Shown here piece by piece: positions 11,436 to 20,948 of a stretch of 64,000 bases of DNA. A program made the translations under genes and the position numbers. The stretch lies in the IMG/VR virus record IMGVR_UViG_3300013383_000025, positions 31,957-95,956 of that record, one strand, 5' to 3'. The DNA is from a virus (Duplodnaviria; Caudoviricetes). The stretch's first letter is position 1, and each line of letters opens with the position of its first letter. Below the pieces are notes generated by a model. That model saw only the letters and a list, made by a program, of their open reading frames with translations. It was not told where the DNA came from and did not search any database.

Positions 11436-12518
11436 ATGGCATTAACCAAGCCTAGCCTATTTCCGGTTGCTGCATTTGACGCAAGCAAGGAGCAACAATT
11501 TAGATTCTATTCACAAGGCGGCTCTCAGGTCACAGGCAACATATTAACAATAAGAAATAATGTAACGCTGGAACAGGTGTATAAACAGACAGTTACGACG
11601 TTTGCTTATATTCATACATTATCAGCTGATACATTAACCAATGGTACGCGATATCAGGCGACAATTCAAACGATTGATGCTCAGGGCAATATATCGGTTG
11701 AGTCAGACCCAATTTTATTCTATTGCTATACTCGGCCTACTTTGGCATTCACTAATATGCCCGCAAGCAATAATATCCCCAATGCTTCATTTAAATTTGA
11801 GGCGCAATACAATCAGGTGCAATCTGAGCAACTGGCACAGTATCAATTCAATTTATATGACGCGCAGGGTGGCCTAGTGGCAACAAGCGGCACTAAATAT
11901 CTACAAAATCAGGCCGTACCTACGGTTATAGCATATACATTTTCGGGTTTTGAGGATGGGCTTACCTATCAGATTGAGGTGGTGGGGCAGACTGTAGAGG
12001 GCACAGCCGTAGAATCTGGTAAGACGAGCATATACATCGTTTACTATGTGCCGCGCGTCTATACCACCATGTATCTGACAAATAATTGCCATGATGGCTA
12101 CGTCACAATTGAGAATAACATGATTGGTATTCCGGGTGATTCTAATCCATATCCTCCTACATATATCAATGATAAAGAGGTCGACCTTAGAGAGACTGAT
12201 ACATGGGTTGAATGGAAAGATAATTACGAGATAGCTGGTGATTATACCATGGGTATATGGGGGCGTGACTTTAATCCTAACTCAAAAATTCTCACATTCA
12301 CTAACGACGATGGCGCTACTGTCACATTGATATATCGTGAAGAGAATGAGTATATATGGGTAGAGTTAGCCTCCAAGCATCCAAAATGGGAACATTACTA
12401 TGGTATCTTCTCTAATAAGATAGCCAAACCAGCCGACACAGAATATCTATTCATTTGGAATCGGCGCATCAACAATGTATATGACTTAAAGATTGAGAAT
12501 AGAGGTGAGATTGTTTGA
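11436..12518 (+). CDS. Baseplate/tail protein with fibronectin/Ig-like beta domains
   Basis: Strong RBS, beta-rich, context. Confidence 0.55.
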   Translation: MALTKPSLFPVAAFDASKEQQFRFYSQGGSQVTGNILTIRNNVTLEQVYKQTVTTFAYIHTLSADTLTNGTRYQATIQTIDAQGNISVESDPILFYCYTRPTLAFTNMPASNNIPNASFKFEAQYNQVQSEQLAQYQFNLYDAQGGLVATSGTKYLQNQAVPTVIAYTFSGFEDGLTYQIEVVGQTVEGTAVESGKTSIYIVYYVPRVYTTMYLTNNCHDGYVTIENNMIGIPGDSNPYPPTYINDKEVDLRETDTWVEWKDNYEIAGDYTMGIWGRDFNPNSKILTFTNDDGATVTLIYREENEYIWVELASKHPKWEHYYGIFSNKIAKPADTEYLFIWNRRINNVYDLKIENRGEIV

Positions 12519-13423
12519 TAGCTGTATTAGGATATAATTTTTGTTCAGATAGAAACGCCATCGACCCAATGCCTACAAACGTCTCACATATTACAAAGAC
12601 GCGCATTGAGAATGGCATATATGACCATTTCAATGTGACTAATAATGTAACAAAACCATACAGTCCAGAAAAGCCCACTGATTGGGATTGGGAGACTATT
12701 ATGGATTGTAACTTTGACAACAACATCTCGGCGGGCAATGTCGACCAGATTGCTAAGGATGTGACTGGCTATAGGCTGAAGCGGCGCAAAGTTGGTGAAT
12801 TTGAGTGGACAACGATTAAAGAGGCTGAGATTAACGACTTGTCTGAATTGGCGTTCACATTCACTGACAACTTGGCGCTTAACTTTACCGACTATCAATA
12901 TGCCTATGTGCCCATGATGAGTGGTGTTGAGGGAGACTATATGGTCGAGCAGATTACTACTAATTTCAAAGGCGTGTTTATCTGCGACTTGGATACTGTA
13001 TATAAGATATACTGTGGTGTGGCATATGGAAATAACGACCAAGTGCGGCAAGTGGGCGTATTTACACCATATGGGCGCGAATTCCCTATTGTTATTAGTA
13101 ACGGCTTGCAGAATTATCAGACTGGCTCAATTCAAGGCAAGGTACTGCCAGCCGATTTTGAGGAGACAGGTAGTATTGATAGGAAAGAAATTGTGGCAAG
13201 GCGCAATACCCTGCTTAAATTCCTGACCAATGGCAAGCCAAAGATTATTAAGGACTGGAATGGCGGTTCTTGGCTTGTTTGCGTTACTGGTAATCCATCT
13301 GTATCTTATGACGCAAGTTATGGCATGGGCATGTGCGATGTTAGTGCAAGTTGGACTGAGACGGGTAAAGCAGACAGCAAGAGCGACCTATTTATGAATG
13401 GGCTTATCCCAACGGAGGCTTAA
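12515..13423 (+). CDS. Tail protein (distal-tail-like)
   Basis: Overlaps the previous stop; FLTNGKPKIIKDWNG motif seen in phage tail proteins. Confidence 0.55.
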   Translation: MIAVLGYNFCSDRNAIDPMPTNVSHITKTRIENGIYDHFNVTNNVTKPYSPEKPTDWDWETIMDCNFDNNISAGNVDQIAKDVTGYRLKRRKVGEFEWTTIKEAEINDLSELAFTFTDNLALNFTDYQYAYVPMMSGVEGDYMVEQITTNFKGVFICDLDTVYKIYCGVAYGNNDQVRQVGVFTPYGREFPIVISNGLQNYQTGSIQGKVLPADFEETGSIDRKEIVARRNTLLKFLTNGKPKIIKDWNGGSWLVCVTGNPSVSYDASYGMGMCDVSASWTETGKADSKSDLFMNGLIPTEA

Positions 13424-13426
13424 TAT

Positions 13427-15505
13427 ATGGCATTAAATATTACACAGGACGATTATAATATTCTTAGGCAATCATATATTAAGCAGTATATTAAGCTCGA
13501 CCTGTTAGACTTCAACATGAACGTCGTAGATGAGTTGAGTGGCAACCTCATCGGCTTCTCTGTGGCGGTTGATGCAAATGCTGATTTGCGACGTTCATGT
13601 GAATGTAGCTTAGTTGTTACAGACAGCTCCTTTGAGATTAAGGCTGGTGGCAAGATTTTTCTTGATAGATATATTCGCCCATGGATTGGCTATGAGAATA
13701 TGCGAACAGGTAACATTCAGTGGTATAATCAGGGCGTATATCTAATCAATGCACCTAGTTATCAGTATGATGCCGCTAATTACACTTTGTCATTTTCTGG
13801 GCTTGACCTGATGGCCAAGTTGACAGGACTGAGAAATGGTGAATTACCTGGCGTACCGACAAAAATTCCTATTGGCTCAGATGTGCGTGGAGCAATTATT
13901 GCCGCATTGGAATTAGGGGGGTTTACCAAATATATTGTCAGTGAATGTAAGAACGTAGATGACACAATACAGGAAGTGCCATATGATATTGAGATAGCAC
14001 AGGGTGGCACAGTATATGATATTCTCAAAGAGTTACTTGCTATCCTACCTCAGTATCAGATGTATTTTGATGTTGATGGCGTATTTCACTATGAGCCTAT
14101 CCCAACCGGAGCAAATGACCCAGTGTTGATTGATGATGATGTGTGGCAAAATATTGTTATTCAAGAATCAGTAAGCACTGATTTTGAGAATGTCAAGAAC
14201 TATATAGAGGTATATGGCCGCAGTCATGACATCGACCACTTTAGCGATAAGACAACCGTAGATGGCTCGACCGTCACGTTGCATATACCGTCATTAACGC
14301 CGACAACAACAGGGTCATTTCCAATTGATGAATTTACGCTAATTGGATTTGTGCCTCCTAGTGATGTAACTGGCGATATTCAGCTAAAGGTAACGGCTGG
14401 CGCTAGTGAGGCCGAGGCTACTGTATTGGGCACATATAAATTCGTTAATAAGGATGGTTCATTCGTGACCTCACTGACAAACGGCACATACTATGTTGGC
14501 CAATTTCAAGCAGATGGCACATTCTTAGATATTGGTCAAGACCAAGCAGTGGGCACGGCATATGATAATAATCCAGACAGCCCCTTCTATGTGGGCGACC
14601 CCGTTGGCTCTAGCTCGGTTGGTATCATTAGACACGTATGCTATAGCGGCGAATACGACAATATTACATCAAACGACCTAGCTAAGCAACGTGCCGACTT
14701 AGAACTATATTGGCGGTGTCGGCTAAACGATAGCATCTCATTGGCTACTATACCAATTCCTTGGCTTGATGTTAATATTATTATGAGCCATGCCATGAAA
14801 TTACAAGGCGACCAAAAGAAATATATGATACAGTCATATAATGCCCAATATGGCGATGCAAACAGTATGACCATATCAGCGTCAAGTTGGTATCCTTATT
14901 ATTTGGTCGACGGAACATCTGAGCCGGTTGAGCTACAGTATATTATGTCTACGGGTAGCCAGCTTATTAGCACCGGCTTTATCCCAAACAATAACACACG
15001 TGTTCAGATGGTGGTAACGCCAATGAATAATACAAGTGGCTACATATTCGGCTCATTATATACCAATGAGAAGGAAGATCAAGCCGCAGATGATACATAT
15101 ACATATTTTGGGGTGTCATACAATAATGGTACGGTCGCGTTTGGCTATAATCAAGACAACACGCAAACAATATCAGTAGGCGCGTCATTTGCCAAGATGA
15201 CCGTGGATATGAATAAAAATCAACTTACAGTCAATGGGCAAACCGTGCAATATGATGCAAGCGAATTTAAGATGAAGAACAATATGGCGCTATTAACTTA
15301 CAGCAAAGACGGATTTTTTCAAAAACCGGCATTGGCGGCGTTCCTACATTCGTGCAAAATATGGGATGATGGCGTGCTGATTAGGGATTATGTTCCATAT
15401 CAGAACAAGCTGGGCGATGTCGGCCTATGGGATAGAGTGAATAGTGTATTTTATGGAAATATGGGCACAGGCAAATTTACGGCTGGCCCAGCAGTAGAAG
15501 AATAA
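13427..15505 (+). CDS. Baseplate hub/Tal-like protein with C-terminal lectin-like beta domain
   Basis: N-terminal RRSC..SLVV and YQMYFDVDGVFHY hub motifs; C-terminal LQYIMSTGSQ...IRDYVP...GLWDRV. Confidence 0.65.
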   Translation: MALNITQDDYNILRQSYIKQYIKLDLLDFNMNVVDELSGNLIGFSVAVDANADLRRSCECSLVVTDSSFEIKAGGKIFLDRYIRPWIGYENMRTGNIQWYNQGVYLINAPSYQYDAANYTLSFSGLDLMAKLTGLRNGELPGVPTKIPIGSDVRGAIIAALELGGFTKYIVSECKNVDDTIQEVPYDIEIAQGGTVYDILKELLAILPQYQMYFDVDGVFHYEPIPTGANDPVLIDDDVWQNIVIQESVSTDFENVKNYIEVYGRSHDIDHFSDKTTVDGSTVTLHIPSLTPTTTGSFPIDEFTLIGFVPPSDVTGDIQLKVTAGASEAEATVLGTYKFVNKDGSFVTSLTNGTYYVGQFQADGTFLDIGQDQAVGTAYDNNPDSPFYVGDPVGSSSVGIIRHVCYSGEYDNITSNDLAKQRADLELYWRCRLNDSISLATIPIPWLDVNIIMSHAMKLQGDQKKYMIQSYNAQYGDANSMTISASSWYPYYLVDGTSEPVELQYIMSTGSQLISTGFIPNNNTRVQMVVTPMNNTSGYIFGSLYTNEKEDQAADDTYTYFGVSYNNGTVAFGYNQDNTQTISVGASFAKMTVDMNKNQLTVNGQTVQYDASEFKMKNNMALLTYSKDGFFQKPALAAFLHSCKIWDDGVLIRDYVPYQNKLGDVGLWDRVNSVFYGNMGTGKFTAGPAVEE

Positions 15506-15520
15506 GGAGGTCGTATAAAT

Positions 15521-16831
15521 TTGTCAGAAAAATTGATTACAATGAAGGAATACAATGGCTCATCCTATGATGACCTGTACCCTAAAAATATAAGCGGTCA
15601 AGTATATTTAGATGCGACGGCTCAAGGCGTGCTCAACCTACCAAGCGGCAAGACGGTAAATGATGCATTTAGCGCTATGTCCAATGGTGGCGCATTCAAT
15701 GTAGGTGACATCCTTGTTACTAGTAGGACAGATTTGGACGATAGGTGGTTGTTGTGTAATGGAGAAACTGTTTCTCCTTATGATTATCCGAATTTGATAA
15801 ATGCATTACCGGCTTTTAAAACAGGAACGTGGTTTGAAGATGGTATTTTTACGACTTCGTCTGAATACAAAGATTCTCATTCTATTGTAAAGCTCGATGA
15901 GAAGTGGGGCATATTATCAGCAAATCAACAAACCTCGCCAAGTTACGCAACAAATGGCAGAGTGTTTGTTTTGAGCAATTTGAAAAATGGGACAATCGCA
16001 GACACCGGATTGGGCGCTAGAGCGTCTGGTGCAGTTGCCGCAGTTGCTGCCCATGTTAATGATGGCAAATCGATGTGCGGTATGGTGTATGCTTTTACGG
16101 ACTTATTAACAAATCCAACGAGCAGCCAGATGTCTGCTTCTAACGGATATTTTATTTATAATTCGAATGATGGATATTATTATAACTATTCGAGAAATGA
16201 TTCATCCCCGTTCAATACAATCGTCAAACGGAATAATTTGACGAGTAGCGCTACAACATCAATAATAGAAGAATCTGGAAGCATTACATCTATAGGATTG
16301 CGACAGTTTATAAATGGGCATATGATTGGTGTTGGTGATGGTGGTAGTGGTGCTAACATTCATTTTATTCCGATTCTTGTAAATGAAAGTGGTGCTGGGA
16401 CAAGATTAAATTATAACACTCCAACCGGTACTATGTCGAACACGCCACCCATTCCTACAATTCAGTATCTTAATGGATATTATTACGGATTTGGAGATAC
16501 GACTATATATAGAACGCAATCTTTAACAGGTAATAACTGGCAATCATGGAAAACAATGCCTGATGGTATTAACTCTGGACTAAGTTATATGGGCGACAAT
16601 TGTATTTTACTAACAAGCGGATATACAATTACAGCAGATGAACAATTGATTGAATGGAGTGATAAACCGTCTTTTACAAATCCTATATATATTGATGAAG
16701 TAAATAATCAATATATATCTCAGATCGGTACGTCAAATATGTATATATATACCCCCATTTCTAATTTTATTAAAATCCCAACATGGACTCCCGCCGATGG
16801 CTTATACGCCTATATTAAAGCAAAGAAGTAA
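15521..16831 (+). CDS. Putative receptor-binding protein 1 (RBP1): collar-like domain with inserted variable core, no poly-G
   Basis: N-terminal KEYNG..YD.LYP and VGDILVTSRTDLDDRWLLCNG..YP.L; C-terminal IPTWTPADGLYAYIKAKK; both shared with RBP2 and RBP3. Confidence 0.75.
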   Translation: MSEKLITMKEYNGSSYDDLYPKNISGQVYLDATAQGVLNLPSGKTVNDAFSAMSNGGAFNVGDILVTSRTDLDDRWLLCNGETVSPYDYPNLINALPAFKTGTWFEDGIFTTSSEYKDSHSIVKLDEKWGILSANQQTSPSYATNGRVFVLSNLKNGTIADTGLGARASGAVAAVAAHVNDGKSMCGMVYAFTDLLTNPTSSQMSASNGYFIYNSNDGYYYNYSRNDSSPFNTIVKRNNLTSSATTSIIEESGSITSIGLRQFINGHMIGVGDGGSGANIHFIPILVNESGAGTRLNYNTPTGTMSNTPPIPTIQYLNGYYYGFGDTTIYRTQSLTGNNWQSWKTMPDGINSGLSYMGDNCILLTSGYTITADEQLIEWSDKPSFTNPIYIDEVNNQYISQIGTSNMYIYTPISNFIKIPTWTPADGLYAYIKAKK

Positions 16832-16848
16832 AAACAAGGAGGTAAATT

Positions 16849-17061
16849 ATGGTAATAACTAGACCTCAGTTGCCAGCTAGAGCTGGATATGTAGAAATCA
16901 TTAATGAGAATGGCGAACACGTATACAAGCCAACTCAAGAGACTATTGATAGACAGAATCAAGAAAATCTCATCCTTGAGTTGCAGAATAGGCTGGTAGA
17001 AGCAAATTCTGTAATCGATGCGATGATTGGCGTTAAGGAACAGGAGGTGGCGACTGAATGA
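16849..17061 (+). CDS. Small fibre chaperone-like protein
   Basis: GGAGG RBS, coiled-coil C-terminus, follows RBP1. Confidence 0.5.
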   Translation: MVITRPQLPARAGYVEIINENGEHVYKPTQETIDRQNQENLILELQNRLVEANSVIDAMIGVKEQEVATE

Positions 17062-17708
17062 TTGACAGAATAGCACAAGCCCAGCAATTTAGAAAAGCGG
17101 TACAATATTTCACGGCTACATTACCTGAAGAAAAGGCGCTAGTTGTATCTAGCGTATTTGATGCATGGGCGGCCAATGTCAAATATATCACAGGCGAATG
17201 GGTGTCATACGGTGTCAATGCTGTAGGTGACCCACAGCTATATCAGGTGCTACAAGACCATACTAGCCAAGAGCAATACACGCCAGATACGGCTACGAGC
17301 TTATATAAAGCGGTTGGCATTGACCCAAGTGGTATTCCTACTTGGGTTCAGCCACTAGGCGCAACAGATGCTTATAAGCTAGGTGATATCGTCATGCATA
17401 ATGACAAGAAATGGAAGAGTGTAGTTGACGCTAACGTGTGGGAGCCGGGCGTATATGGCTGGGAAGAAGTAACAGAGGATAGTGGTGAAACAGACCCTGT
17501 TGAACCTACTGAACCAACAGAGCCAGACGAACCAGATACGCCGAGCGAGGATACAATCCCTGACTTCGTTCAACCTACAGACGCAACCAATGCATACAAC
17601 AAGGGCGATAAGGTAAAATATAACGGTAAGGTATATGAGAGTCTGATGGATGGAAATGCGTATAGCCCAGACGCATATCTTGCCGGTTGGAAAGAAATTA
17701 CGGAATAA
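17058..17708 (+). CDS. Carbohydrate-binding (CBM5/12, ChiC-like) repeat protein
   Basis: WVQP.GATDAY..GD.V..N.K.W.S repeats with a Pro/Glu linker. Confidence 0.75.
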   Translation: MIDRIAQAQQFRKAVQYFTATLPEEKALVVSSVFDAWAANVKYITGEWVSYGVNAVGDPQLYQVLQDHTSQEQYTPDTATSLYKAVGIDPSGIPTWVQPLGATDAYKLGDIVMHNDKKWKSVVDANVWEPGVYGWEEVTEDSGETDPVEPTEPTEPDEPDTPSEDTIPDFVQPTDATNAYNKGDKVKYNGKVYESLMDGNAYSPDAYLAGWKEITE

Positions 17709-17733
17709 CAATGGAAATTAGGAGGAATATATA

Positions 17734-18063
17734 ATGAGTGCAGAACAAATTGTTAGTCTAGTGGTAGCGCTACTTGCCGGTCTGGCAACCTGTATCCCGC
17801 TTGTTCTCAAGTTGGTACAGTATGTAAAAAAGGCGACTCAAGAAAAGAACTGGGCTGGACTACTCGACCTAGTTATGAAGCTAATGGAACAGGCCGAAAA
17901 GAAATTCGCTGATGGCGCGACCCGTAAAGAGTGGGTTATGGCTATGGTGCAGACAAGCGCAGAATACGTGCAGTATCCAATGGACGTGACAGCTCTTAGC
18001 GATATGATTGACCAACTGACCAACCTGACTAAGAATGTCAACGCCAAGAAGGAGAGCAAGTAA
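17734..18063 (+). CDS. Holin (single N-terminal TM, LL-H-like)
   Basis: Hydrophobic N-terminus, AEK.F..G..RKEWV motif, directly upstream of the endolysin. Confidence 0.75.
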   Translation: MSAEQIVSLVVALLAGLATCIPLVLKLVQYVKKATQEKNWAGLLDLVMKLMEQAEKKFADGATRKEWVMAMVQTSAEYVQYPMDVTALSDMIDQLTNLTKNVNAKKESK

Positions 18064-18731
18064 TGGCTGTATATATTGGTCAGGCCAGTATTGACGAAAA
18101 CGGTAATATCAAGAACGGTCAAGCTGGCAATCAATCGGGGCGTGAACTAAACAAATCGGGCTGGTATAGCAATGGCTGGACATTACTGATTAGAGCTAAA
18201 GACCCAAAGACGGCTGAAAAGATGGCTGAGGCGTGTGAGGCTGGTGTAGCTAACAGAAATATTGGCTACGACCAGTGGCAGAGAAACACGCTTAGAGCTG
18301 AAGCAAAAAAGGCTGGTTGGAATCTAGCCGCAATCAAGGCCCCATGTGAGACGGACTGTTCGGCGTTTATGGCGGTTTGTGCCGAGGCGGCTGGTGTCAA
18401 TATGGATATGACATATACGGCTGGTAATGCGCCCGCTACGTTCCAGATGCGTCAACAGTGGGCTAAAACAGGCAAGTTTGATATGCTGACCGATAAGAAA
18501 TATCTAACATCGGCTGATTATCTAAGACGTGGTGACGTGCTAGTCAATGAAAGCCGTCATACTGTAATGGTGCTTAATGATGGTGCTAAAGCCGAGAAGG
18601 CCAATCCTGAGCACGAGGCGAATAAGGTCAAAGTAAAGTCGCGTTTTGGATTTGACGATAAGACAATCGATTGGCTCGACACATATAAATGGAATGAGGC
18701 GCTATTTGAGAAATTAGCGACCAAGCCATGA
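18063..18731 (+). CDS. Endolysin (NlpC/P60-CHAP-like Cys peptidase/amidase)
   Basis: IGYDQ..R, ETDCSA and GDVLVNE..HTVMV (Cys/His dyad) motifs. Confidence 0.8.
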   Translation: MAVYIGQASIDENGNIKNGQAGNQSGRELNKSGWYSNGWTLLIRAKDPKTAEKMAEACEAGVANRNIGYDQWQRNTLRAEAKKAGWNLAAIKAPCETDCSAFMAVCAEAAGVNMDMTYTAGNAPATFQMRQQWAKTGKFDMLTDKKYLTSADYLRRGDVLVNESRHTVMVLNDGAKAEKANPEHEANKVKVKSRFGFDDKTIDWLDTYKWNEALFEKLATKP

Positions 18732-18985
18732 ACCGACTTAGCTATAAGCGAAGATGGGCTAAAGGACAGATGAGTAAAACAATCGTTCTATACTGCATTA
18801 GGGCAATCACTCTAATTGCAGTATGGGCGGTTGCCATTAAGACATATGCTGTTTTCAAGTGGGGCGCGACCGATATTAGTGATGTGTTGATATTTGCTGC
18901 TACAGCATTTGGTGGTGAATTGCTCTTATTGGCATTTAAGCGTGTCTTTGCTAAAAAGAATGAAGATGTAAACGAATATAGTTAA
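18728..18985 (+). CDS. Two-TM membrane protein (second holin/antiholin-like)
   Basis: Two hydrophobic segments, basic ends, overlaps the endolysin stop. Confidence 0.55.
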   Translation: MNRLSYKRRWAKGQMSKTIVLYCIRAITLIAVWAVAIKTYAVFKWGATDISDVLIFAATAFGGELLLLAFKRVFAKKNEDVNEYS

Positions 18986-18999
18986 AAAGGGGTGACATA

Positions 19000-19326
19000 A
19001 TGGCAACTAAATTCCCCGGACAAGTTGATACATTCCCAACCATGCTTGATATCGCAGCTGACGATGCTGAGTTGGTCAAGCAATATCAGGAGGCCATGGA
19101 GGCTGGGAGTTACGATGTAGCGCAACAGGTGCTATCACAGATTCCTAACGGCCAAAGAAAGATTATATCCGCAGGGTTGATGAATGACGTATTAGATGGC
19201 TTAACCGCAACAGAACAATATTTTGGTGATAGATATAGTCCGGCCTATATTGTATCTGAGACACAACCTACATATCAGCAAGCCACGGATTTCTGGTTTC
19301 ATGTAACAGGTGAGGCTGACATATGA
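19000..19326 (+). CDS. Tail adaptor-like protein
   Basis: C-terminal SETQPTYQQATDFWFHVTGEADI resembles the C-terminus of 11118-11414. Confidence 0.55.
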   Translation: MATKFPGQVDTFPTMLDIAADDAELVKQYQEAMEAGSYDVAQQVLSQIPNGQRKIISAGLMNDVLDGLTATEQYFGDRYSPAYIVSETQPTYQQATDFWFHVTGEADI

Positions 19327-19604
19327 CAAAATACCAAGACCTACATCTAACGGATGTTGACCTGAACACCCAATTCAAACAGTATATGACTAATGGTCAG
19401 TATGGGGCGGCGCTGGCCATCCTACAAAATGACCAACTAGCCGATAAGACGGTAATTGCGGCATTGTTTAATTATGTGACCAGCCGTATTATACAGGTAC
19501 AGTCGACATCTGACCCTACATTCAAACAAGATAAAATTCAGGTTGCCACTACGCCTCCTAGTGGCATGACAAGCGGACAGGTATATTTTCAATTAAAGGA
19601 GTAA
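19323..19604 (+). CDS. Tail adaptor-like protein (paralogue of 19000-19326)
   Basis: KQY...G.Y..A..IL pattern shared with the previous gene; C-terminal TTPPSGMTSGQVYF. Confidence 0.55.
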   Translation: MTKYQDLHLTDVDLNTQFKQYMTNGQYGAALAILQNDQLADKTVIAALFNYVTSRIIQVQSTSDPTFKQDKIQVATTPPSGMTSGQVYFQLKE

Positions 19605-19608
19605 TATA

Positions 19609-20918
19609 ATGTCAGATAAACTAATAACGATGAAAGAATATAATGGCAATTCCTATGATGCCTTATATCCTGAAAATACGAGTGGACAGGTCAATCTTGA
19701 CGCATCTGCCCAAAACATCCTCAACCTCTCTACTGACACTACGCTGAATGATGCATTCACTGCGTTGACCACGGGGGGGGGTATTCAGTAGGCGACGTAT
19801 TAGTCACTGCTAGAACTGACCTTGATGATAAGTGGTTGTTGTGCAATGGGCAAGAATTTGATAGTGCTGAATATCCTGCATTAAATGGCGTACTTGGACA
19901 GAGTGTCAGCGTATTAGATAGTTCAAGATGGAGTACAGTGACATATGATGGTGTTTTGGGGAACAGATTGTATTATTGTGGTGGAAGGTTCTATGCTGTT
20001 ACTAGATTACCTTCGACCGAATATTTAAGTGGCAACTACAAAAAAGATTCCTATCATGGAGATTCGTGGAGTAGTGTTGTAATCAACAACAGCAACTATT
20101 ATATATTACATGATATGTGCGATGTAAACGGGGTTGCCTACGCTGCCATAAGTCAAAACTCCTATTCATCACGAGAAACACCATACCTTTATAAGTTGGA
20201 TGAAAATAACAATGCGACTATGATTGGAAGCAATATCTCCGTATTTGGTATGTGCGAATATAATGGAAAAATATTGATATCAAATAATGGTGTGAGCCTA
20301 GTAGACCCTTCGACAGGGGCCGTAACAACCTTTACGTCATCCTCTTTGGGGAGTGGGGATTGGTTTCATGTTGGCAATATGGTTTATTGTGTAAATAAAG
20401 TTCTTGACTTGCAAACCAAAACAATAAGCGCGTTGAGTACGACTGGTACTGGGAATTCTTTTGGATATTACAACGGTTATTATTATATGTCGAGTTCGCA
20501 ATCTGTCTACAACCCCCAAACCAAACAAGACGTTATAAACATTCATCTTTTACAGTCTAGTGACGGTGTTACATTTACTTCTATATATAACAGAACTATT
20601 AGTGGCTCTTTGGGTCAAGATGCGGAAGATCCTCATCTTGTATTATTTATTATCGGCGATGAATTATTATTCGATACGAATATTTACAAATTGACCGATA
20701 CTGGAGCACAGTTAATATCTTCTAGTAACAGTCACGTGTGCAATTGCGCGGCTATGAACAATGTAAATGTGTCAAATGAAAAATCTATTGTAATAAACAT
20801 TAATGAGAGGAACGGTTCTGGTTACTCAACCGTGTATCTATTTAATAGAAGTGGAACAAAAACCCCAACATGGACTCCCGCCGGTAGTCTGTACGCCTAT
20901 ATCAAGGCAAAACGATAA
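19609..20918 (+). pseudogene. Putative RBP2, frameshifted at a G9 tract (phase-OFF)
   Basis: ORFs 19609-19791 and 19836-20918 join if G9 becomes G10, giving TGGGYSVGDVLVTARTDLDDKWLLCNG, collinear with RBP1 NGGAFNVGDILVTSRTDLDDRWLLCNG. Confidence 0.88.
19773..19781 (+). repeat. Poly-G tract (G9) in RBP2
   Basis: acc ac GGGGGGGGG tattcagta. Confidence 0.95.
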
Positions 20919-20948
20919 AATAACAACTCTAAGGAGGTTGAATATAAA

